Origin: Acidobacteriota bacterium
Lineage (GTDB): Bacteria > Acidobacteriota > Thermoanaerobaculia > Multivoradales > J023
Reading direction: 5' to 3'
Assembly (NCBI GenBank): GCA_003697015.1
Contig: RFGL01000065.1
Coordinates: forward strand, 1 to 63,358
Length of the DNA: 63,358 bases
The notes below the pieces were generated by a model, which searched no databases, was not told the DNA's origin, and saw nothing but the letters and a program-made list of their open reading frames with translations. The translations under genes were made by a program, and so were the position numbers. Below are positions 52,003 to 63,033 of this stretch, in pieces (position 1 is the first letter of the stretch; every line of letters starts with the position of its first letter).

Positions 52003-55000
52003 CGTCTGATCCCGCCGCCCGCGTCGCCCGCTGGCTCGCGCCGCTCTTCGCCGCCGCCCTGACCACCCTCGCCGTCGCCGCCCGGGAGGAAAAGCCGCCG
52101 GCGACGCCCGAGGAGGGGACGGCGGCGGCGGCCGAGACGCCCCCGCCGCGCTTCGACCCGACCCTCTTCCAGGCCCTGGAGTGGCGCTCGATCGGCCCCT
52201 ACCGCGGCGGGCGGTCGACCGCCGTCGCCGGCGTGCCGCAAGAGCCTCTCACCTTCTACTTCGGCGCTACCGGCGGCGGCCTGTGGCGCACCACCGACGG
52301 CGGCCTCACCTGGCACAACGTCTCCGACGGCCACTTCCGCACCGGCTCGGTGGGGGCCATCGCGGTGGCGCCCTCCGACCCCAACGTGATCTACGTCGGC
52401 ATGGGGGAGGCGCCGGTGCGCGGGGTGATGACCACCCATGGCGACGGCCTCTACCGCTCCCGCGACCGCGGCCGCAGCTTCCAGCACGTTGGGCTGTCGG
52501 ACAGCCGCCACATCGCGCGCATCCGCGTTCACCCCGGCGACCCGGACGTGCTGTGGGTGGCGGTGCAGGGCCACCTATGGGGCCCCAACGACGAGCGCGG
52601 CATCTACAAATCGATCGATGGCGGCGACACCTTTCGCCGGGTGCTCTTCGTCGACGATTCGACCGGCGCCAGCGACCTCGCTCTCGACGTCACCAATCCG
52701 CGCATCCTCTACGCCGCCATGTGGCAGCACCGCCGCCGGCCGTGGCGGATCGAGAGCGGCGGTCCGGGCAGCGGCCTCTACAGGTCGAGCGACGGCGGCG
52801 AGACCTGGGAGGAGCTGACCGACGGACTGCCCGAGCTGATGGGCAAGATCGGCGTCGCCGTCTCCGCCGCCGACCCGCTGCGGGTGTGGGCGCTGATCGA
52901 GGCCGAGGACGGCGGCCTCTTCCGCTCCGACGATGGCGGCACCTCGTGGCAGCGGATCAACGACGACCGGGTGCTGCGCGCCCGCGCCTGGTACTACACC
53001 CACGTCTTCGCCGATCCCGTCGACGCCGACACGGTCTACGTCCTGAACGCGCCGATGATGCGTTCCACCGACGGCGGCAAGACCTTCGAGCGCCTTCCGA
53101 CCCCCCACGGCGACAACCACGACCTGTGGATCAACCCGCACGACAACCGCCTGATGATCAATGCCAACGACGGCGGCGCCAACGTGTCGTCGAACGGCGG
53201 CGCCAGCTGGTCGACCCAGGCCAACCAGCCGACCGGTCAGTTCTACCGGGTGATCACCGACAACCGCTTCCCCTACTGGGTCTACGGCGGCCAGCAGGAC
53301 AACTCGGCGATCGCCATCAAGAGCCGCTCCCTGACCGGCGGCGGCATCGGCGAGCGCGACTGGCACTCGATCGGCGGCTGCGAGAGCGCCTACCCGGCCT
53401 TCGACCCGGACAACCCGCGCTACGTCTACGCCGGCTGCTATCAGGGGTTGATCGACGAATACGACATGGAGACCGGCGCCAGCCGCAGCATCATGGCCTA
53501 CCCCTACCTCGGCCTCGGCTCGACGCCGCGGGAGGTGCGCTATCGCTTCAATTGGAACGCACCGATCCTCGTCTCGCCGCACGATCCGCGGGTGGTCTAC
53601 CACGCCGGCAACAGGGTGCTGAAGACCAGCAACCGCGGGGTCACCTGGGAGGAGATCAGCCCCGACCTGACCCGCGACCAGAGCGAGCGCCAGGGTCCGG
53701 GAGGCGGGCCGATCACCAACGAGGCCGCCGGTGGCGAGGTCTACAACACCATCCTGTCGCTGGTCGAGTCGCCGCACGAGGCCGGCGTGCTGTGGACCGG
53801 CAGCGACGACGGTCTGGTGCACCTGACCCGCGACGGCGGGGTGCTGTGGGTCGACGTCACGCCGGAAGGCATCGGCGAGGCGATGATCAACGCCATCGAG
53901 ATCTCCCCCCACGATCCGGCCACCGCCTACCTGGCGGTGACGCGCTACAAGTGGGACGACCTCACCCCCTACGTCTTCGTCACCAGCGACTACGGCGAGA
54001 CCTGGGAGCGCCGCGTCGCCGGCATTCCCGGCGACGCCATCGTGCGGGTGGTGCGCGAGGACCCGGCGCGCCCCGGCCTGCTCTACGCCGGTACCGAGAT
54101 CGGCGTCTTCGTCTCCTTCGACCATGGGGAGCGCTGGCAGCCCCTCGATCTCGGCCTGCCGGTGGTGCCGGTCACCGATCTGACCATCCGCCGTCACGAT
54201 CTCGTCGCCTCGACCCAAGGTCGTGGCTTCTGGATCCTCGACGACCTCACCCCCCTGCACCAGCTCGACGACGAGGTGGCGGCGGCCGAGCTCCACCTCT
54301 TCGCTCCGCGCCCGGCCTATCGCACCGGCGGCGGACGCGGGCGCGGCGGCGCTCCCCGCGGCCAGAATCCACCCGCCGGCGTCGTCCTGCACTATCTGCT
54401 GGGCGCGCAGGCGGAGGACGCGGCGGCGCCCGAAGAAAGCGCTGCGGAACCCGTCGCCGGCGACGAGCCCGGCGGCGACCCGGCGGCCGGCGCCGAGGGG
54501 ATGGAAACGCCGCCGGCGGAGGCGCCGGAAGCGGCGGAGAACGGCGGGGGCCCACCGCCCCTGGTGCTCGAGATCGTCGATCAGCTCGGCCGGGTGGTGC
54601 GGAGGGTGACCAGCGAGAAGCCGGAGGACGACCCCGAGGCCGCGGTCTTGACGGTCGAGAACGGGATGAATCGTTTCGTGTGGAACATGAGGCGCGATCC
54701 GATGCTCAAGGTGCCCGAGCTGACGGTCTTCGGCGACCTCGGCGGCTACCGCGTCCGTCCCGGGATCTACCGCGCCCGCCTGTCGCGCGGCGACCTCGCC
54801 GTCGAGCAGGAGATCGAGATCCTGCCCGACCCGCGCCTCGAGGTACCGGAGGAGCGCTTCGCCGACCAGGAACGCCTGCTGGCCGCCATCCGCGACCGCG
54901 TGGTCGCCATCCACGACGGGGTCAACCGCATGCGGGCGGTGCGCGAGCAGGTCGAGGAGCTGGTCGAGCGCACCGCCGGTCACGACCAGGCCGAGGCCAT

Positions 55001-55358
55001 CGCCGGCGCCGCCGAGACCCTCACCGCGGCCATCGACGCCTGGGAGGAGAAGCTCGTCCAACGCCGGCAGAAGACCTTCCAGGACGTGATCAACTTCCCC
55101 AATCGGCTGAACGCCGAGTTCCTCTTCCTGATGGATCAGATCGAGAACCTGGAGCCCCTGGTCACCGATGGCCAACGCCAGCGCTTCGCCGACCTCGACG
55201 CCGAATGGCAGCCCTTGAAGGCGGAGATGGATCGCATCCTGAACGAAGACCTGGCGGCCTTCAACCGGATCTTCGCCGACCACGGCATCCCCGCCGTCAT
55301 CGTACCGCCGGTCGATCCGCTTCTTCTTCGTCCGGATCCGCCGTCAGAGCTACGGTGA
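51999..55358 (+). CDS. Sortilin/VPS10-type BNR (Asp-box) repeat protein, secreted
   Basis: 1119 aa from ATG 51999 (ATGA overlap). Repeated Asp-boxes TTDGGLTWHNV, SIDGGDTF, SSDGGETWEEL, SDDGGTSWQRI, STDGGKTFERL, SSNGGASWSTQ. Confidence 0.8.
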   Translation: MTSDPAARVARWLAPLFAAALTTLAVAAREEKPPATPEEGTAAAAETPPPRFDPTLFQALEWRSIGPYRGGRSTAVAGVPQEPLTFYFGATGGGLWRTTDGGLTWHNVSDGHFRTGSVGAIAVAPSDPNVIYVGMGEAPVRGVMTTHGDGLYRSRDRGRSFQHVGLSDSRHIARIRVHPGDPDVLWVAVQGHLWGPNDERGIYKSIDGGDTFRRVLFVDDSTGASDLALDVTNPRILYAAMWQHRRRPWRIESGGPGSGLYRSSDGGETWEELTDGLPELMGKIGVAVSAADPLRVWALIEAEDGGLFRSDDGGTSWQRINDDRVLRARAWYYTHVFADPVDADTVYVLNAPMMRSTDGGKTFERLPTPHGDNHDLWINPHDNRLMINANDGGANVSSNGGASWSTQANQPTGQFYRVITDNRFPYWVYGGQQDNSAIAIKSRSLTGGGIGERDWHSIGGCESAYPAFDPDNPRYVYAGCYQGLIDEYDMETGASRSIMAYPYLGLGSTPREVRYRFNWNAPILVSPHDPRVVYHAGNRVLKTSNRGVTWEEISPDLTRDQSERQGPGGGPITNEAAGGEVYNTILSLVESPHEAGVLWTGSDDGLVHLTRDGGVLWVDVTPEGIGEAMINAIEISPHDPATAYLAVTRYKWDDLTPYVFVTSDYGETWERRVAGIPGDAIVRVVREDPARPGLLYAGTEIGVFVSFDHGERWQPLDLGLPVVPVTDLTIRRHDLVASTQGRGFWILDDLTPLHQLDDEVAAAELHLFAPRPAYRTGGGRGRGGAPRGQNPPAGVVLHYLLGAQAEDAAAPEESAAEPVAGDEPGGDPAAGAEGMETPPAEAPEAAENGGGPPPLVLEIVDQLGRVVRRVTSEKPEDDPEAAVLTVENGMNRFVWNMRRDPMLKVPELTVFGDLGGYRVRPGIYRARLSRGDLAVEQEIEILPDPRLEVPEERFADQERLLAAIRDRVVAIHDGVNRMRAVREQVEELVERTAGHDQAEAIAGAAETLTAAIDAWEEKLVQRRQKTFQDVINFPNRLNAEFLFLMDQIENLEPLVTDGQRQRFADLDAEWQPLKAEMDRILNEDLAAFNRIFADHGIPAVIVPPVDPLLLRPDPPSELR

Positions 55359-55365
55359 GGTTGTG

Positions 55366-55414
55366 CTCCTTCGTAGCCATCTATTCTTCCTCGCTTGAGA
55401 AGACTACGAAGGAG
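55366..55414. terminator. Nested hairpin in the convergent gap (possible bidirectional terminator)
   Basis: CTCCTTCGTAG (55366..55376) pairs with CTACGAAGGAG (55404..55414). An inner TCTTC/GAAGA pair closes a 9-nt loop. The region is locally AT-richer. No clear U-tract. Confidence 0.4.
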
Positions 55415-55504
55415 GGCAGCGATCGACGTCACGCTTGACGTCACAGGCACGACGCTCCGGGGCTCGCGGGGTAGACATGATCGAACGTTCGTCGACGCGT
55501 CGCG

Positions 55505-56131
55505 TCATGAGTCGGTTCTCAGACGGCGTCCGAGGAGCCAGAGGAGGGCGGCGATGGCGAGGACGAGAGCGAAGATCAGCGACGCGTGGTCGAGGCGGGC
55601 GGCGGTGGCGCCGGTGAGGGCGTAGAGCAGGGCGGCCGGCAGCAGGCCGGCGACGGACGCGGCGCTCAGGCTGACCCAGCCGAGGGGGGAGGTGCCGGCG
55701 AGGATGGCGACGGTCTCGGCGACGATCGGCACCGGCCGGCTGACGACGATCGCCAGGGGGCCCCAGCGGGCGAGCAGGGCCCCGGCCCGGCGGCGCTCGT
55801 CCTCCGGCACCAGGCGGGCGACGAGGGGCCCGCCGCGGCGGCCGATCCAGAAGCCGAAGAGCGCCGCTCCGAGGCCACCGGCGAGGGAGAGGGCGGTGCC
55901 GGCGGCGACGCCGAAAAGCGCGCCGTGGGCGATCATCACCAGGCTCGCCGGCACCGGCAACGCGACGTCGGCGATCAGCAGCCCGACGCCGGCGGCGGCG
56001 GCGATCGCTCCGCCTCCGGCGAGCAGCGGCTCGGGATCGCTGAGGAGCGGCAGCTCCAAGGCTTCGACGACGGCGAAGAGGAGCGCGAAGGCGAGCATCA
56101 TCGCCCCGGCGAGGTAGGCGTAGTGCCTCAT
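55505..56131 (-). CDS. VTT/DedA-family (TVP38/TMEM64-like) membrane protein
   Basis: Track ORF 55505..56416 trimmed to ATG 56131 (ATGA overlap with the TonB-receptor stop). MRHYAYLAGAMMLAFALLFAVVEALELPLL...; multi-TM. Confidence 0.7.
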   Translation of the reverse strand: MRHYAYLAGAMMLAFALLFAVVEALELPLLSDPEPLLAGGGAIAAAAGVGLLIADVALPVPASLVMIAHGALFGVAAGTALSLAGGLGAALFGFWIGRRGGPLVARLVPEDERRRAGALLARWGPLAIVVSRPVPIVAETVAILAGTSPLGWVSLSAASVAGLLPAALLYALTGATAARLDHASLIFALVLAIAALLWLLGRRLRTDS

Positions 56132-58065
56132 CCGCCGATCCGATGCCGCAGGCCGAGACGCAGACCGCGCGACGCCCCGGGGAAGCCGATGAAGGTCTCG
56201 TAGTCGCGGTCCATCAGGTTGTCGATGCGGCCGCGCAGCTGCCAGCGGCGGGCGAGCTGCCAGGAGCCCGCCAGGCCGACCAGGGCGTAGCCCGGAGCGA
56301 CGGTGCGCGACGGCACCGGGATCTGCTGATCGAGACGCGCGCCGACCAGCTGGCCGTCGAGCCACAGCACGGCGCCGGCCCCCGGCGCCAGGCGCAGGCG
56401 GGCGCTGCCGGCCCATTCAGGCCGGCCGCGCAGGCCGGCGCCGGTCGTCCGGTCCTCGACCTCCTGGCGGGTGAGGTCGGCGGCGAAGGTCAGCCACGAA
56501 CGGGGCGTCCAGCGCAGGTGGAGCTCGAGCCCGACGGCGTCGACCCGGGCACGATTCAGGTGGGTGAATCGCTCGAAGTCGAAGTCGACCAAGTCGTCGA
56601 AACGGTTGGCGAAGAGGGTGACGCCGAGCGTCAGATCGGCGCCGGGCATCTCGTGCTCCACCCCGACGTCGGCGCCGATCGCCACCTCGGGCTCGAGCTC
56701 GGGGTTGCCGCCGAGCTGCGGCGGGCTGGCCAGGGCGAAGAAACTCGGCAGCTTGAAGGCCCGGCCGACGGATCCCCGCAGACGCGTCGCCCCGCCGCCG
56801 GGGCGGTAGGCGACCGCCAGCCGCGGGCTGAGCTCCGCCCCCCGCCCCTGCGGCAGGTCGAGACGCGCACCGAGCTCGAGCACCAGGTCGCCGCGCTGGC
56901 GGATGAGCTCGGCGTAGAGGCCGCCGGTGGTGCGGTCGATCCGGTAATCCCCCGTCACCTCGCCGCCGAGGAAGGGGGGGAGCGCGAGGACGCTGTCGTT
57001 GTCGCCCTCCTCGTTTTCGATCTCGGCACCGGCGTGAAGCACCAGGCCGCGACCGCCGAGTACCGCCGATGCCCAGCCCAGGCGCGACCGCCGGTAGGTG
57101 GTCGACTCGCGCGACGGCGGTACCAGGGGGAAGACGCCGGGGCTCCGGCGATCGAGCCGATGCTGGTAGAAGGCGCCGTTCAGGCGATGGCGTGGAGCGC
57201 CGCCCGCCGCCGCGGCGCCGAAGCGCAGATCGAGCCCCAGTCCGAGCTCGTCGTGGTCCGTGCGGCGCAGCTCCCCGGAACCGAAACGCGGGCCGCCGGA
57301 GGCCTCGGGGTAGTCGCGGGCCCGCCAGTCGGCGATCCGCGTGGTGAGCCGCAGGCTCCCGCCGTCGCGCAGAGCGAAGGCGGCCTTGGCCGACAGCTCG
57401 AGCTGCTCGAATCGCTCCGCCGCCACCCGCTCCCTCTCCTCCTCGTAGGAGACGCCGGCGAAGTAGTCGCCCCGCTCCCCCAGCCTGCCGCCGGCACCGG
57501 CGAAGCCGCGCCGCTGGTCGGCGTCGCCGCCCTCGACGTCGATCTGCACCGACGGCTCGCCGTCCGCGCCGCCGCGGCGGGTGATGACGTTGATCGCCCC
57601 CGCCAGGCCGGTCGAGCCGTAGTAGGACGACAGCGGCCCGCGCACGATCTCGATCCGTTCCACCGCCGCCGCCGGCAGGCCCTCGAGGTTGAAGGCACCG
57701 CCCACCGGGTCGGTAACGTCGTTCAGCGGCACGCCGTCGAGCAGCACCAGGGTGAAGTTCGGGTCGCCGCCGCGGATGGCGGCGGTGGTGAAACCGCCGC
57801 GGGTGCCGGCCGGGGAGACCACCACGCCGGCGGCGTAGCGCAGGAGCTCCGCCACCGTCCGCGCCGCGGCGGCGTCGACCGTCTGGCGTTCGATCACCGT
57901 CACCGAGCCGGCGGCGGTATCCAGGGGCCGCTCGTCGACGGTGGCGGTGGCGTAGAACGTCGGCGGCGTGGCCGGCGGCAGCGGCGCCGCGGCATTCGGC
58001 AAGAGAATGGAGAGAAGAAGAGCGGCGGGGGACAGGACCGGCCTCCAGTCTGTGCGTTCGATCAA
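56128..58065 (-). CDS. TonB-dependent outer-membrane receptor
   Basis: Track ORF 56128..58785. Proposed TTG start at 58065 gives a signal peptide (LIERTDWRPVLSPAALLLSILLPNAAA). Plug motif VERIEIVRGPLSSYYGSTGLAGAINVITRRG and a beta-barrel body. The upstream part of the ORF overlaps the phosphoesterase gene. Confidence 0.8.
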   Translation of the reverse strand: MIERTDWRPVLSPAALLLSILLPNAAAPLPPATPPTFYATATVDERPLDTAAGSVTVIERQTVDAAAARTVAELLRYAAGVVVSPAGTRGGFTTAAIRGGDPNFTLVLLDGVPLNDVTDPVGGAFNLEGLPAAAVERIEIVRGPLSSYYGSTGLAGAINVITRRGGADGEPSVQIDVEGGDADQRRGFAGAGGRLGERGDYFAGVSYEEERERVAAERFEQLELSAKAAFALRDGGSLRLTTRIADWRARDYPEASGGPRFGSGELRRTDHDELGLGLDLRFGAAAAGGAPRHRLNGAFYQHRLDRRSPGVFPLVPPSRESTTYRRSRLGWASAVLGGRGLVLHAGAEIENEEGDNDSVLALPPFLGGEVTGDYRIDRTTGGLYAELIRQRGDLVLELGARLDLPQGRGAELSPRLAVAYRPGGGATRLRGSVGRAFKLPSFFALASPPQLGGNPELEPEVAIGADVGVEHEMPGADLTLGVTLFANRFDDLVDFDFERFTHLNRARVDAVGLELHLRWTPRSWLTFAADLTRQEVEDRTTGAGLRGRPEWAGSARLRLAPGAGAVLWLDGQLVGARLDQQIPVPSRTVAPGYALVGLAGSWQLARRWQLRGRIDNLMDRDYETFIGFPGASRGLRLGLRHRIGG

Positions 58066-58202
58066 CGGAATGGGTTGACCGCCGCGCCGCCGCAGTCTGC
58101 AGAACGTTGTCGTTCTGCGTAGCCAGCAGCTGTCGCGCCGAGCGCTCGGCAACCCGTCGTTGTCTCCATGGTCGGAATAGAGCGTATCGCGCCGCGGCCT
58201 TC

Positions 58203-58949
58203 TCACACCCCGAGGGCCAGGCGGTCGGCCAGGACCTTGGGCAGGCCGGAGCGGATGATGCGCTCCTGGGCCTTGGCGATGGCGTAGTCGACCCGCTGCC
58301 AGCGCGCCACCCGCGTGCCGCTGTCGTAGGTCATGTAGGCCGCCCGCGGATCCCGATCCCGGGGCTGGCCGATCGAGCCCGGGTTGAGCAGGTAGCGCTT
58401 GTCCTTCTCCAGCTTGAGGGTGAAGGACTCGCCCTGCACCACCGCCACCTCGATTCCCTCCTCGTGGCGCACGAAGAGCGACGGGATGTGGGTGTGGCCG
58501 AAGAAGATCACCGGCGCCTCGTAATGGCTGAAGATCTCGTAGGCGTCGTAGATCGAAAAGACGTAGGCGTCCTCGTCGAGGGGCGAGCCGTGGCAGATGT
58601 GGACCTCGTCGGAGACCGGCATCGGCCCGCGCGGCAGCTCGCGCACGTAGCGCAGGTTGGCCGGCAGCAGGCGCTCGGTGGTCCAGCGGGCGGCGGCCAG
58701 GGCCGGCTGGTTGAAGTTGGCGCCGTCCTCGATCTCCGCCACCACCTTGTCGTGGTTGCCGCGTACCACGTGCACCTCGCCCCACAGGCTGTTCTTGACC
58801 GCCTCCACCACCTCGTTGGGGCCGGCACCGTAGCCCACCAGGTCGCCGAGCACCAGGGTGACGTCGAACTCCTCGCCGCGGACGTGGCGCAGGATGGCAG
58901 CGAACGCCTCCCAGTTACCGTGCATGTCGGTGAGGATCAGATAACGCAA
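58203..58949 (-). CDS. Metallophosphoesterase family protein (YfcE/MJ0936-like)
   Basis: TTG start at 58949 gives (M)RYLILTDMHGN. Also GDLVGYG, RGNHD and FFGHTH motifs. Confidence 0.8.
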   Translation of the reverse strand: MRYLILTDMHGNWEAFAAILRHVRGEEFDVTLVLGDLVGYGAGPNEVVEAVKNSLWGEVHVVRGNHDKVVAEIEDGANFNQPALAAARWTTERLLPANLRYVRELPRGPMPVSDEVHICHGSPLDEDAYVFSIYDAYEIFSHYEAPVIFFGHTHIPSLFVRHEEGIEVAVVQGESFTLKLEKDKRYLLNPGSIGQPRDRDPRAAYMTYDSGTRVARWQRVDYAIAKAQERIIRSGLPKVLADRLALGV

Positions 58950-59452
58950 CGTTGCTCCCGCAGCAGGTGGGCGATGCGCGCGGCGACCTCTTCCGGGGTC
59001 TCGCACCGGCCGACGTCCACCCGTAGATCGGCCAGCTTATAGGCTGCGGCCCGGCGATTGAAGAGCGCCAGGGCCTGCTCGGGCGAACGAAAGAGCGGGC
59101 GGTCCTCCTTGCCCTGCGCTCCGATCCGCTCGACGATGGTGGAAAAACTCGGGTTGAGCCACACGCTGACCCCCAGCCGGCGGATCACGGCCCGATTCCC
59201 CGCGAAGGCGATCGTGCCGCCGCCGGTGGCGATCACCGCATCGTCGAAGCGCGCCGTCCGCCGCAGGCAGGCGTGCTCCAGCTCACGAAACGCGCCCTCG
59301 CGATGGCGTTCGAAAATCTCCCGCACCGTCATACCGGCCTCGGCCTCGATCAGCGCGTCGAGATCGACGAAGCGATAGCCTAGCGTCGCCGCCAGGCACT
59401 TGCCAACCGAGGTCTTGCCCGCCCCCATGAACCCCGTCAAGTAGATCCTCAT
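58937..59452 (-). CDS. aroK: Shikimate kinase
   Basis: Track ORF trimmed to ATG 59452: MRIYLTGFMGAGKTSVGKCLAATLGYRFVDLDALIE; ~171 aa. Confidence 0.85.
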   Translation of the reverse strand: MRIYLTGFMGAGKTSVGKCLAATLGYRFVDLDALIEAEAGMTVREIFERHREGAFRELEHACLRRTARFDDAVIATGGGTIAFAGNRAVIRRLGVSVWLNPSFSTIVERIGAQGKEDRPLFRSPEQALALFNRRAAAYKLADLRVDVGRCETPEEVAARIAHLLREQRCVI

Positions 59453-59571
59453 CGACGTTCGTGATCGCGTTTCCGGGCCTCCCGGCGGATGGCCCGCAGG
59501 AGCAGGGCGACAAAACCGCCCCACACCACGCCGGTGATCAGGATCATGGTGACGGCGGCCCCGATGCTCAT
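59449..59571 (-). CDS. MetS-like small subunit of an NSS transporter (40 aa, single TM)
   Basis: MSIGAAVTMILITGVVWGGFVALLLRAIRREARKRDHERR. ATGA-coupled to the upstream NSS transporter stop and to the downstream aroK start. Matches my recollection of the MetS-family small subunits. Confidence 0.65.
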   Translation of the reverse strand: MSIGAAVTMILITGVVWGGFVALLLRAIRREARKRDHERR

Positions 59572-61022
59572 CGACCTGCCTCCTTGAGCGTACGGCGCGC
59601 CAGCCAGCGGTTGGCCAACCCCAGCACCAGCAGCGCCGCCGCCCACTGCCACAGTACCGTACCGACGTTGTAGGTGTCGAAGGGTGCCAGCCAGTTGGCG
59701 GGATCGTCGCGGTAGGCGGCGACCAGCCACCAGACGATCAGCACCACCGCCTCGATCGGCACCACGATCCCCACCAGCACCACCCACCAGCGGCCGATGG
59801 GCAGATCGCAGCCGTCGCCGTTGACCACCTCGGTGCGCAGGCGCTCGAGGCCGTAGCGGGCCGCGGCGATGGCGAAGAACAGCCCCGAGACCATCAGGCC
59901 GACCCCCCACACCCAGTCCTGGTTCTGGAAGACCTCCAACTTGAGCGCCGACGGCACGCCGGCGAGCAGAGCGACCGCGGCGAAGCCGAGGAGGGCCGGC
60001 TTGCGCCGCAGGCCGAGGTCGATCAGGACCCGGGTGGCGAGCTCGAGCATCGAGATCAGGCTGGTGATGGCGGCGAAGGATAGGGCGAGGAAGAAGAGCA
60101 CCATGAAGAAGCCGCCGCCGGGCATGGCGTCGAAGAGGGCCGGCATCCAGATGAAGGTCAGCCCCTCGTTGCCGGCGCCGACGATCTCGCTCTGCGCCTG
60201 GGGATTGATGGCGAAGACCGTGCACAGCACCATGATCCCGGCCAGGAGCGACACCGAGTTGTTGCCGAAGCCGATCAGGAAAGCGTTCAGGGAGACGTCC
60301 TCGCGCATCCGCATGTAGATCGCATAGGTGACGATCAGGCCCCAGCCGGCGCCGGTATCCCAGGCGTTCTGGGTCAGGGCCTGGAGCCAGATGGTGGGCT
60401 CGGCGAGCAGCTGCCAGTCGATGGTGAAGAGGAACTCGAGCCCCTTCACCGCACCGGGGAGGGTGACGGCGCGCAGGGCCAGCACCACCACCAGCACGAA
60501 GAGGGTGGGGATCAAGACCTTGGCCACCCGTTCGATGCCGCGTACCCCGAACCACACCACCGAGACGCAGATGCCGAGCGCCAGGACCTGGGTGATCATC
60601 GCCGCCGGGGTGCTGTTGAACGATCGCCACAGCGCTTCCCCCGCCCCCTCGCCGCGGAGCCCGCCGGTGACCGCGGCGGCCAGATAGCGCAGGCACCAGC
60701 CGCTGACCACCGCATAGTAGGCGCCGATGGCGCTGGCGCAGAGGGCCGCCCACGCCCCCATCCACGCCATGCCCGGGCCACCGTGGGCGACGAAGGCGCC
60801 GATCACCCCCTTGCGCGCCCGCTTGCCGAAGGAGAACTCGACGATCATCAGCGGCACCGACCAGAGCAGCAGGAAGACCACCCAGGCGACCAGGAAGCTG
60901 CCGCCGCCGTTGGTCGCTGCGATGCGCGGAAACCGCCAGATGTTGCCGGTGCCCACCGCCATGCCGAGGGTGGCGAGCACCAGTCCCCAACGACTGCCAA
61001 AGAGCTCTGCGCTGCGACTCAT
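59568..61022 (-). CDS. Sodium-dependent neurotransmitter:sodium symporter (NSS/SNF) family transporter
   Basis: Track ORF trimmed to ATG 61022. RWGLVLATLGMAVGTGNIWRFPRIAATNGGGSFL signature; multi-TM. Confidence 0.85.
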   Translation of the reverse strand: MSRSAELFGSRWGLVLATLGMAVGTGNIWRFPRIAATNGGGSFLVAWVVFLLLWSVPLMIVEFSFGKRARKGVIGAFVAHGGPGMAWMGAWAALCASAIGAYYAVVSGWCLRYLAAAVTGGLRGEGAGEALWRSFNSTPAAMITQVLALGICVSVVWFGVRGIERVAKVLIPTLFVLVVVLALRAVTLPGAVKGLEFLFTIDWQLLAEPTIWLQALTQNAWDTGAGWGLIVTYAIYMRMREDVSLNAFLIGFGNNSVSLLAGIMVLCTVFAINPQAQSEIVGAGNEGLTFIWMPALFDAMPGGGFFMVLFFLALSFAAITSLISMLELATRVLIDLGLRRKPALLGFAAVALLAGVPSALKLEVFQNQDWVWGVGLMVSGLFFAIAAARYGLERLRTEVVNGDGCDLPIGRWWVVLVGIVVPIEAVVLIVWWLVAAYRDDPANWLAPFDTYNVGTVLWQWAAALLVLGLANRWLARRTLKEAGR

Positions 61023-61652
61023 CAGCGTCCCCCTGTGGCGGCCAGGAGCCGCCGGCAATTGTCCTCCAGGTCGCCGCGGCATAGGGCGCCCAACGCCGCA
61101 ACCGCGTCGGCACCGGCGGCGAGGACGGCGGCGGCGGTGCGGGCGTCGATGCCGCCGATCGCCACCAGCGGCTTGCGCGTCGCCCGCCGCGCCCGGCGCA
61201 CGAAGTCGAGGCCGACCACCGGCTCCGCCGACGCCTTGCCGGTGGTGGCGAAGACCGGGCCCACCGCCACCACGTCCACCGCCGGGTCGGCGTCGGCGGC
61301 GGCGAGCTCGGCGTCGCCGTGGGTCGACTGGCCGATCATGATCCCGCCGCCGACGACGCGCCGCGCTGCCGCCGGCGGCAGGTCACGCTGGCCGAGGTGG
61401 AGGCCGGCCAGCGGCAGGAGCGCGGCGACGTCGGCCCGGTCGTTGATCCACAGGCGCGCGTCGCTGCCCTCGAGACGTCGCAGGCAGTCCTCCGCCAGGC
61501 GGACGACCAGGGCTCCGGGCGCACCTTTGGCCCGCAGCTGGATCCAGCCGATGCCACAGCCCGCCATGGTTTCGACCGCGGCCGGCAGGCGCTCCGGACC
61601 CAACACGCCGAGGTCGGCGAGGGCATAGAGCCGCGGCGGCCGGAGGACGGCC

Positions 61653-61666
<14 letters not shown>
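61022..61666 (-). CDS. thiE: Thiamine-phosphate synthase
   Basis: 214 aa. Contains LYALAD..., [40 protein letters not shown]. Confidence 0.85.
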
Positions 61667-63017
<1,351 letters not shown>

Positions 63018-63033
63018 CCGTGCCGGCGCGGGA

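Noticed and set aside
50190-55358. 1722-aa ORF
   Set aside because: Only the part from ATG 51999 (signal peptide, Asp-box repeats) is credible. The N-terminal 600 residues are an R/P/G-rich alternate frame of the 50479..52002 gene.
58066-58202. Possible cobalamin or TPP riboswitch upstream of the BtuB-sized TonB-dependent receptor
   Set aside because: The gap is only 137 nt. I could find neither a B12-box-like GCCACTG core nor the TPP CTGAGA/ACCTGA elements on the minus strand, only a simple hairpin and a palindrome. An Rfam scan would settle it.
58066-58785. N-terminal extension of the TonB-receptor ORF into 58203..58785
   Set aside because: It overlaps the metallophosphoesterase gene in another frame. 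TonB-receptor homology (signal peptide, plug) starts after TTG 58065.
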